In this document: piece by piece, positions 1 through 6,196 of the stretch
How the letters are laid out: each line of letters opens with the position of its first letter
How positions within the stretch are numbered: position 1 is the stretch's first letter
DNA from: a virus
Taxonomy: Duplodnaviria > Caudoviricetes
DNA: 37,179 nucleotides
Direction: 5' to 3' (one strand)
IMG/VR virus record: IMGVR_UViG_3300013014_000068
Span: 1-37,179 of that record
The notes under the pieces: generated by a model
The model's database searches: none
What the model was told of the DNA's origin: nothing
Seen by the model: only the letters and a program-made list of their open reading frames with translations
Translations under genes and position numbers: made by a program

Positions 1-1
1 C

Positions 2-472
2 GGTAGGGTCGGCGGCGTCGACCACTACTTGCCAGCAGTAGTTGGGGTTCTCGTCTAGGAGAACGTGGCCGATCGGGTACGTGTTACCTAGTGTCACCGT
101 GGTGGGTGCTGGTTCGATCGGGCCAGACGGTGCCGGTTCGATCGGGCCGGACCCTACGGTTACAGGGTTGCGACGTTGGCGCTCGGCGCTGGTCTCAGGT
201 TTGGGAGCGACTAGTCCGGTCCCGACGATGTCCAGCAAGGCGTCCGCCATGCCTTCCCACATGGCAGGGATGCGCCCATTCTTGCCATTTGTAACTAGTT
301 GGAGGCCGATGCCGCCGCCATCCTCAGCGTTAGGAAACACTTTGATTGCGCCACCGGTCGCAACCGTGGCGAGGATGTAGGGGGTAGCCATCTTGCCCCC
401 CTTAGAGTTAGCCGTGACTAGTTCGGCTGTCGTGATGGTGGGCAATGCGTTGAGTGTTGCTAGTAGTTCCAT
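2..472 (-). CDS. Hypothetical early protein, 3' end outside window (MELLATLNALPTITTAELVTANSKGGK...)
   Basis: Translated by hand; absent from the ORF track because it runs off the edge. ATG at 472 preceded by GAAAGG RBS and the conserved promoter motif at 510-543; open for 157 codons; contains SGPIEPAP twice. Confidence 0.85.
   Translation of the reverse strand, partial: MELLATLNALPTITTAELVTANSKGGKMATPYILATVATGGAIKVFPNAEDGGGIGLQLVTNGKNGRIPAMWEGMADALLDIVGTGLVAPKPETSAERQRRNPVTVGSGPIEPAPSGPIEPAPTTVTLGNTYPIGHVLLDENPNYCWQVVVDAADPT
105..152. repeat. 24-bp tandem duplication (22/24 identical) encoding SGPIEPAP x2
   Basis: ggtgctggttcgatcgggccagac / ggtgccggttcgatcgggccggac. Confidence 0.9.
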
Positions 473-509
473 TGTTGTACCTTTCGTTTGTGCCGTTGTT
501 GGCATACCC

Positions 510-543
510 CCAATGTAGCACACCCTGAAATTTAGGGGTTTCT
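510..543 (-). promoter_or_regulatory. Conserved early promoter motif, copy 1 (leftward; extended -10 TGcTACATT)
   Basis: ccaatgtagcacaccctgaaatttaggggtttct, nearly identical to 2554-2587 and inverted at 2760-2790; ~40 bp upstream of the ATG at 472. Confidence 0.8.
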
Positions 544-675
544 GCGCTACAAACCCGTGATTCGTGATCGTATGCGTGTACGCGTGCGCATGTACGCGCG
601 TGGGGGATCGCTGATCGCAGGCGTGGGCCAGTCGCTAAGACGGACTAAACACTAGAGACAGACCGTAAACGAGCA

Positions 676-709
676 ATGGCCCGCACCATCGAAGGATGGT
701 GCGGGCCAT
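676..709 (-). terminator. Perfect 15-bp stem-loop, probable terminator of the leftward cassette
   Basis: atggcccgcaccatc-gaag-gatggtgcgggccat, 4 bp past the stop of 714-908; weak U-tract. Confidence 0.8.
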
Positions 710-713
710 GTTG

Positions 714-908
714 CTAGTCCCAAATGTCGTTGTCGCTAGAAGGATGCCACCAACGTGCATCATGTTCACGAATGTCATCATCAACCCACGATTCCAACCA
801 TTCGTTATGTTGCTGCCAGTGTTTCGCTTCGCTAGTTACACCGAACAGATAGCCGACATACATGAATGCGATTGCTAGAACAATCGCAGATAGGTAAAGC
901 CAAATCAT
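714..908 (-). CDS. Small membrane protein (one N-terminal TM helix, acidic Trp-rich tail)
   Basis: MIWLYLSAIVLAIAFMYVGYLFG...; ATGA overlap with the upstream stop supports a start at 908 rather than 1025. Confidence 0.75.
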   Translation of the reverse strand: MIWLYLSAIVLAIAFMYVGYLFGVTSEAKHWQQHNEWLESWVDDDIREHDARWWHPSSDNDIWD

Positions 909-1378
909 CGTGCGATCCTCCCGTGTGAGAGCAACGCAACGTGACCGTCGGCTAGTACCCCAATGTCGTAGCCCATCGTTTCGAGGTAGTTGCCGATCAT
1001 GTAGCCAACGGCTTTGCCGTTGCAACTAGCACCCGACCAGTCGGCTGTCGCAATCATGGCGCTGATCTCAAAGCAATGACCAGCGAAATCAATAACCTCG
1101 TTCACTGTTACGTCTAGTTCGACTAACGCTAACGCTAGGTCATCCATTTGCTCTGGCTCTAGTTGTTCTATCGAACCATCAACCATCGCAGCGTAAGTGT
1201 CACGCATTTCGTCTAGTTGTAGGCATGTGTCGTCAATCCATTCGGCTTTACATGACAGATCGTAGATGCCGTCATGGATGTCGTTCTCGTAGCCATGCTG
1301 AGTGATGGTTACTTCTGCTAGTGGTAGGCGGACGTCAAAGATCGTGACGTTGTGGCGGACTGCCAGTAGATAACGCAT
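905..1378 (-). CDS. Hypothetical acidic protein
   Basis: AAGGA RBS before ATG 1378 (MRYLLAVRH...); start trimmed from the track's 1477. Confidence 0.75.
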   Translation of the reverse strand: MRYLLAVRHNVTIFDVRLPLAEVTITQHGYENDIHDGIYDLSCKAEWIDDTCLQLDEMRDTYAAMVDGSIEQLEPEQMDDLALALVELDVTVNEVIDFAGHCFEISAMIATADWSGASCNGKAVGYMIGNYLETMGYDIGVLADGHVALLSHGRIAR

Positions 1379-1395
1379 GTTGTTCCTTATGGGTT

Positions 1396-1421
1396 TAGAG
1401 GGGGGCTGATGCCCCCCTCTA
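1396..1421. other. Intergenic 11-bp G6:C6 hairpin (terminator or processing site)
   Basis: tagaggggggc-tgat-gcccccctcta. Confidence 0.7.
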
Positions 1422-1428
1422 GTGATGG

Positions 1429-1674
1429 TTATGGGTAGATAACAACTACATAATCGGAGTGGATTAGAGGTGCCCACTCAACACCGATACCGAACGTGGC
1501 GATGCCGTTGAGGTCATCGAAGATGACCGTAACGCCGTGATGTTTACGCCATTCGTTGAGTGCTGCTAGTTCCGACTGCCAACTGTCGGGATACTGATAA
1601 CGAACCCACGACTCCAACGTAGGTACGGTTAGTTGGGAAACTTGATCGACGAAAGCGGTACTGATTCCTACCAT
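1429..1674 (-). CDS. Hypothetical protein
   Basis: TGATG coupling to the upstream gene at 1674; MVGISTAFVDQVSQ..., 81 aa. Confidence 0.65.
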   Translation of the reverse strand: MVGISTAFVDQVSQLTVPTLESWVRYQYPDSWQSELAALNEWRKHHGVTVIFDDLNGIATFGIGVEWAPLIHSDYVVVIYP

Positions 1675-2504
1675 CAGGCTTCCTCGAAATGGGTAACTTC
1701 GACATCGGCACCGTAAGTATCCCAACCAAGGTCGCCTACATTCTGATCGCTAAGCCAATCGTCGATGAAATCCTCTGGATTCTCACCGCCCGGAACCATG
1801 ACCGATTTATTTGTAGTCATCGTGATCTGGATGGTTACTTCGTATTCGCAATCGAAATGCTCAGACCATTCTTCGGTATCCATCTGCGGGATACCACTTA
1901 GGAACTCTTTCTTACCGGCATCGCAACCTTCGTGCCTAATGACCTTGTCGATGAGGTAGGTGTTGGTTTCTGCCATCAATAGGCGATGGCTTTCGCTAGT
2001 AGTACGGAACATTCCGGAACGAATCTTGTTGCGATAGTTCTCGTATGCCATCCCGCAAAGGATGTCGTAGATACGCATGAATGCGCTGAAGTAAACGCTG
2101 TCGCCTTGGTTAGTCATTGTCATTAGAACGTGATAGCAGTCCATGACGGTCTGGTATTGGGCGGGTTCGACATGGCATAGAACGAACCACTGGTAGTAGT
2201 CCATTTGCATCAGGGTATCTAGCCGATCGGAGTAGTTCGACTGGTTGGTGTCGGCTACTCGCACTAGTGATGCCTCAACTTGAGGTTCGATGATGTAGTT
2301 ACGATCGACGCTGCTTGAGAGCAGCACTAGGAACTGGTTGTCCCTTTCGTAACGGGCGTTGCAATCGTCGAATAGTTCCTGAACTCTTGCGATGCCGGAG
2401 TAAAGGTCGCGGTATCCGCTATCGGATGACCGTGATAGGTGGGCGAGGCCTTCTTGGATAGAGGCTCTGGCGTGGTTTGGTATGTGATTGAGATAGTAAG
2501 TCAT
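1674..2504 (-). CDS. Hypothetical early protein (276 aa)
   Basis: Long ORF with GAAAGGA RBS, directly downstream of promoter copy 2. Confidence 0.85.
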   Translation of the reverse strand: MTYYLNHIPNHARASIQEGLAHLSRSSDSGYRDLYSGIARVQELFDDCNARYERDNQFLVLLSSSVDRNYIIEPQVEASLVRVADTNQSNYSDRLDTLMQMDYYQWFVLCHVEPAQYQTVMDCYHVLMTMTNQGDSVYFSAFMRIYDILCGMAYENYRNKIRSGMFRTTSESHRLLMAETNTYLIDKVIRHEGCDAGKKEFLSGIPQMDTEEWSEHFDCEYEVTIQITMTTNKSVMVPGGENPEDFIDDWLSDQNVGDLGWDTYGADVEVTHFEEA

Positions 2505-2553
2505 TGTGGTTTGTTCCTTTCCACATGCTGCAACACGGTGTTACAACATGCCT

Positions 2554-2587
2554 CCAATGTAGCACACCCTGAAATTGCAGGGTTTCT
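2554..2587 (-). promoter_or_regulatory. Conserved early promoter motif, copy 2 (leftward), with internal palindrome accctg-N6-cagggt
   Basis: ccaatgtagcacaccctgaaattgcagggtttct. Confidence 0.8.
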
Positions 2588-2647
2588 TCCCCCCCTAATT
2601 GCGTATCAATGCGTGCGTATTCGTGTGTCACAATCGCGTGCGTGTGC

Positions 2648-2694
2648 GGGTGTGCGGGTGGGTGTGTGGGTATGTGGGGGGAGGGGGGCAGGGG
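2648..2694 (+). other. Putative G-quadruplex-forming sequence (7 G-tracts of 3 or more)
   Basis: gggtgtgcgggtgggtgtgtgggtatgtggggggaggggggcagggg. Confidence 0.6.
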
Positions 2695-2759
2695 CGCGCC
2701 GAGAAAGGCGTGGCTCGCTGCCAACAGACCGACCACAAACGACAGACCGAGCACCACAA

Positions 2760-2790
2760 AAACCCCCAGTTTTCAGGGTGTGCTACAGTG
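2760..2790 (+). promoter_or_regulatory. Conserved early promoter motif, copy 3 (rightward; extended -10 TGcTACAGT)
   Basis: aaacccccagttttcagggtgtgctacagtg is the reverse complement of copies 1 and 2; ~48 bp upstream of ATG 2838. Confidence 0.8.
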
Positions 2791-2837
2791 TTTGCGTGGT
2801 CCAACACCGGGCCACCAACACAACAAGGAACACCAAC

Positions 2838-3878
2838 ATGAGCAAAGAAACAATCGAATGGTTGAACGCCAACACTCTCATCGGATACACCGACGAGCAC
2901 GGCAACGCATGGCATTTCGATGGTGCCAGCGACAACCAATTCACCGGCGCAGTACCCATCGACCGTGTCGCTTCACTATTCGAATGGCAAGCAGAACTTG
3001 TAGACGTTTGCTATCCCGATGAGAACGAAGGCGATTTCATTCTGATCCCCGGATACAACGCAGTGATCCACGGAGAATCAAAGCAGGTACTCAACATGGT
3101 CGGATCACGCTACGAGATTCACCAATACAACGATTGGCTACTCGAAAACATCCAATCAATCCTTGATGTATCCGCTGGCGATCTCACTATCGGATCGGCT
3201 GGCCTACTTAAAGGCGGCGGGCAGGCATGGCTACAAGTACGGCCACCCGAATCAGTGACCATCGGCGGCGACGAAATGGTGCCATGGATTCTTGCCACCA
3301 CCAGCCACGACGGATCGCTCGCCACCCAATACAAGGGGCAGCGTCAACGTACCGTGTGTGACAACACGCTGGCTATTGCACTAGGTGAGAACACCGCCGA
3401 GTTCAAAGTCAAGCACATGCGTGGATCATCAACCCGTCTCGGTGAAGCACGCCAAGCATTGGACATTATCTACACCGCACAAGACGAGTTCGATCAGCAG
3501 ATCGAACAGATGATGAACACCCCGTTTAGTGAGGATCAGTTCAGAGATTTGAACAACGGTTTGTATCCGTTGGTTCAGCCTGACATTGATGTCGATGGCA
3601 AGGTCACTAACCAGCGTGCTATCAATCAGCGTTCACAAACTGTGGCCGATCTCATCCACCTGTGGAACACCGACGAGCGGGTCACCCCATTCAAGAACAC
3701 ACAGTGGGGTGCAATGCAGGCACACAACACATGGTTCCATTGGAACCGTACCCATGGTACTAGCGGCGGCGACGAGACACTAATGAAAGCACGCCAAATG
3801 AAGTCCACCATTGACGGGTCTACCGCAGCATACGATGCGAAGGTCCGGCACGCTACCGACTACCTCGTTAGCGCATAA
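2838..3878 (+). CDS. DUF932 family phage/plasmid protein (TIGR03299-like)
   Basis: Motifs AWH, VGSRYEIHQY, SAGLLKGG, TSHDGS, RTVCDNTL, VKH, WGAMQA; AAGGA RBS before ATG 2838 (the track's start at 2439 crosses the promoters). Confidence 0.88.
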   Translation: MSKETIEWLNANTLIGYTDEHGNAWHFDGASDNQFTGAVPIDRVASLFEWQAELVDVCYPDENEGDFILIPGYNAVIHGESKQVLNMVGSRYEIHQYNDWLLENIQSILDVSAGDLTIGSAGLLKGGGQAWLQVRPPESVTIGGDEMVPWILATTSHDGSLATQYKGQRQRTVCDNTLAIALGENTAEFKVKHMRGSSTRLGEARQALDIIYTAQDEFDQQIEQMMNTPFSEDQFRDLNNGLYPLVQPDIDVDGKVTNQRAINQRSQTVADLIHLWNTDERVTPFKNTQWGAMQAHNTWFHWNRTHGTSGGDETLMKARQMKSTIDGSTAAYDAKVRHATDYLVSA

Positions 3879-3884
3879 CACTAC

Positions 3885-3907
3885 GCACCACTTCGTGGTG
3901 CTTCGTT
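3885..3907 (+). terminator. Probable terminator hairpin after DUF932
   Basis: gcaccac-ttc-gtggtgc followed by ttcgtt, 6 bp after the stop. Confidence 0.55.
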
Positions 3908-4016
3908 CCCCCCCAACCGTGCGGATAGGGGGAGGGTATGGCATGGCCCTCTGCCCCCCTCTTTCCCCGGTCGGGGATTGCTAGTTGTTATTAACCATCA
4001 ACCGGAGGTATTTGCT

Positions 4017-4316
4017 ATGGAAGAAATCAACACACCCGCACCTACACAATTAGACCCAACCAAGTTTCAGTCACATGAGCAGTGGGCTGCACCGCTTAAC
4101 GCATCGCTTCGATCGTCACGCACCGCAACCTACGACCCGCCATCAGACACGGTTAACAAACCTGTTGCGCCAACAGTTCCGCAAGAGTTACTAGACCTAG
4201 ACACCACACATGCGGTGACACTGGACCTCATTGCGCGAGATGAGAACACGGTGATACTCAAGTCAGCAGACGGCGTGTACCTGATTGCTGATGTGATCGC
4301 AGAGTTCCGTCAATGA
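4017..4316 (+). CDS. Hypothetical protein
   Basis: GGAGG RBS before ATG 4017 (MEEINTPAP...); ATGA coupling to the next gene. Confidence 0.75.
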   Translation: MEEINTPAPTQLDPTKFQSHEQWAAPLNASLRSSRTATYDPPSDTVNKPVAPTVPQELLDLDTTHAVTLDLIARDENTVILKSADGVYLIADVIAEFRQ

Positions 4317-4534
4317 CTGGCACATGTGAGGTAGCGGACTGCGGTAAACCAGCCGACTCGTCATGTAACAACTGCGACATAGAACTGTGCGACACCCACG
4401 CTCACACAATTCTGTACAGCAGACAGACATGGTGGGAACCAGAAGACTCCGTCGATTACTGCCCTGATTGTATTGATGACGGGCATAACACGTTCACTAA
4501 CTATGTGCGCTTACGAGATGGAGGTCCGGGTTGA
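4313..4534 (+). CDS. Small Cys/His-rich zinc-finger-like protein
   Basis: CxxxxC-x7-CxxC-x4-CxxH ... CxxC pattern; coupled to both neighbours. Confidence 0.75.
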   Translation: MTGTCEVADCGKPADSSCNNCDIELCDTHAHTILYSRQTWWEPEDSVDYCPDCIDDGHNTFTNYVRLRDGGPG

Positions 4535-4920
4535 ACGTCACTGCGATCGTAGCCAAACCCACATCGTCAAGCATTGACGATCCACGACAGAAACAAATTG
4601 ACATTGCTTGGATTGGGCAGCGTGTCACAGCAGACGGACATCTAATCCAATTCGATCCGATGTCACCAGAAATATTAGGACGCCAACTTGTTGACGCCTA
4701 CTGGCAACACGATGCGAACATCGAACACTGGTGGGACATGTTCATCACAGGTGAACACATCATTGATCCACCTACCAATGATAGCGGTGACGCAGAGTGG
4801 GTGTACATCGGAGCGTCCCGATCGTTCATCGTGTTACGCCATCAAGAAGATGGATGGTCTGTCGGTCAATGTCTATGGTCCGACGACCCCGCAACAATTC
4901 AGTATCAACTGATTGTGTAA
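4531..4920 (+). CDS. Hypothetical protein
   Basis: TTG start with GGAGG RBS overlapping the upstream stop; followed by a strong hairpin. Confidence 0.7.
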   Translation: MNVTAIVAKPTSSSIDDPRQKQIDIAWIGQRVTADGHLIQFDPMSPEILGRQLVDAYWQHDANIEHWWDMFITGEHIIDPPTNDSGDAEWVYIGASRSFIVLRHQEDGWSVGQCLWSDDPATIQYQLIV

Positions 4921-4922
4921 CT

Positions 4923-4962
4923 GAATGTGCCGCCATTGACCATCAACAATGGCGGCACATTC
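4923..4962 (+). terminator. Perfect 16-bp stem-loop, probable terminator
   Basis: gaatgtgccgccattg-accatcaa-caatggcggcacattc, 2 bp after the stop at 4920. Confidence 0.75.
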
Positions 4963-5036
4963 CACCCGTGAAGGAGAGGAACAAGGAGAACCTCACCTCT
5001 CTGATCGTATGCTGTAAATCAACTCGTCGTCAATCG

Positions 5037-5066
5037 TTGACAGAGAGTTGACATCGCTGGTACGCT
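5037..5066 (+). promoter_or_regulatory. SigA/sigma70-type promoter TTGACA-18-TACGCT with extended TG
   Basis: TTGACA at 5037-5042 and TGgTACGCT ending at 5066; shares GTTGACnGnGAGTTGA with 7768-7783. Confidence 0.65.
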
Positions 5067-5215
5067 CGGCGCTCTCTCCCCTCGCTCGGTGTAACCACCA
5101 CACCATCCACCTTGTAGCCTTGGGACACGGACTTTTTTTTATCTATACCCCGTAGCCCCGTAGCCCAAGGCTACACTTCAACCATTACCCAACCTTGTAG
5201 CAAAGGACATCTACC

Positions 5216-5728
5216 TTGTTTATCAACCAGACCGGGGACGCATACGACCCCACCACCTACGACCCCGACGCTTTCTACACATTAGAAGCCGGAGCAGAAA
5301 CAATCCGAAGCCGCGTATCCACACGGCTATCACGAACCATCAACGCCATCGTGCAGTCAGGACAATTCCCCCACTACCAAACATCATCCGACTTCATACG
5401 CAACGCAGTCATGCACCAGATATACCGAGACTCACAACGCATGACCGACCCCATCCACCGACACAAAGTCGAATCAGAAGTAGAAGAAATGCGTAAGTCG
5501 CAAGCAACAATGACCCTCGCAGAAATCATGCGAAGGAATCAGAACGAAGCCAAAGCATTACTGGATGTAGCAGGCGCAACCAACGACCTCAACATTCTTG
5601 GCAACGTAAAGATGCGAGCCAAAGAGTTGGTCAAAGATTTGATCGACGAAGAAACTCGCAACAAGTTAGAAGCATTGATAGTCACAGCAAAGACAGACGA
5701 CCCCACCGGCTACCCGGTGGACTGCTAA
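5216..5728 (+). CDS. Ribbon-helix-helix (CopG/ParD-like) DNA-binding protein with helical C-terminal extension
   Basis: TIRSRVSTRLSRTINAIVQSGQFPHYQTSSDFIRNAV fits the RHH pattern (strand, helix, V.SG..Y..SD.IR.A); TTG start with AAAGGA RBS. Confidence 0.7.
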   Translation: MFINQTGDAYDPTTYDPDAFYTLEAGAETIRSRVSTRLSRTINAIVQSGQFPHYQTSSDFIRNAVMHQIYRDSQRMTDPIHRHKVESEVEEMRKSQATMTLAEIMRRNQNEAKALLDVAGATNDLNILGNVKMRAKELVKDLIDEETRNKLEALIVTAKTDDPTGYPVDC

Positions 5729-5767
5729 CCAACCCATCAACTAACCATCAACAGAAAGACAACCATC

Positions 5768-6196
5768 ATGTCAACAGATTTCGAAGGCCAACAAGCATGG
5801 CGTGACAGCGTTATCCGTTTATTCCAACGCATGGAAATAGACGGGCTAGTCACATCACAATTCACACTGAGCATCTTGCTTACCACCGTAGAGAAACCGG
5901 CAGGGCGACGCCTATCCGATGACAACCTGCGGCTGCTTGAACTAGCGGACAGTCTCACCGATGTCACGTTCTACCCCGGCAAATACAAAGACTCCGGGTA
6001 CGTCACATTCAAAGCCAAATACGATTGGCTTACCCTGTACTGCACATGCTACGAACCGACAGCAGTGGGCACGTTCACTAAACCTGTTGATCCACCCGCT
6101 ACCGAATTCATATTCGGTATCAATCAGCCAGATGTGTTACCTCTCCCATCATGGGCAGAGAACGCATTGACCCCGGATGGGGACACGGATGATTGA
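5768..6196 (+). CDS. Hypothetical protein
   Basis: 142-aa ORF with GAAAG RBS, overlapping the helicase start. Confidence 0.75.
   Translation: MSTDFEGQQAWRDSVIRLFQRMEIDGLVTSQFTLSILLTTVEKPAGRRLSDDNLRLLELADSLTDVTFYPGKYKDSGYVTFKAKYDWLTLYCTCYEPTAVGTFTKPVDPPATEFIFGINQPDVLPLPSWAENALTPDGDTDD

Noticed and set aside
2439-2837. 133-aa N-terminal extension of DUF932 and overlapping ORFs 2419-3022
   Set aside because: These cross the divergent promoters and low-complexity G-rich DNA; the RBS and family motifs indicate a start at 2838.
3879-5215. tRNA or known riboswitch in the structured intergenic regions
   Set aside because: No cloverleaf, TTCGA T-loop or recognisable aptamer consensus seen; an Infernal/tRNAscan search would be needed to exclude it fully.
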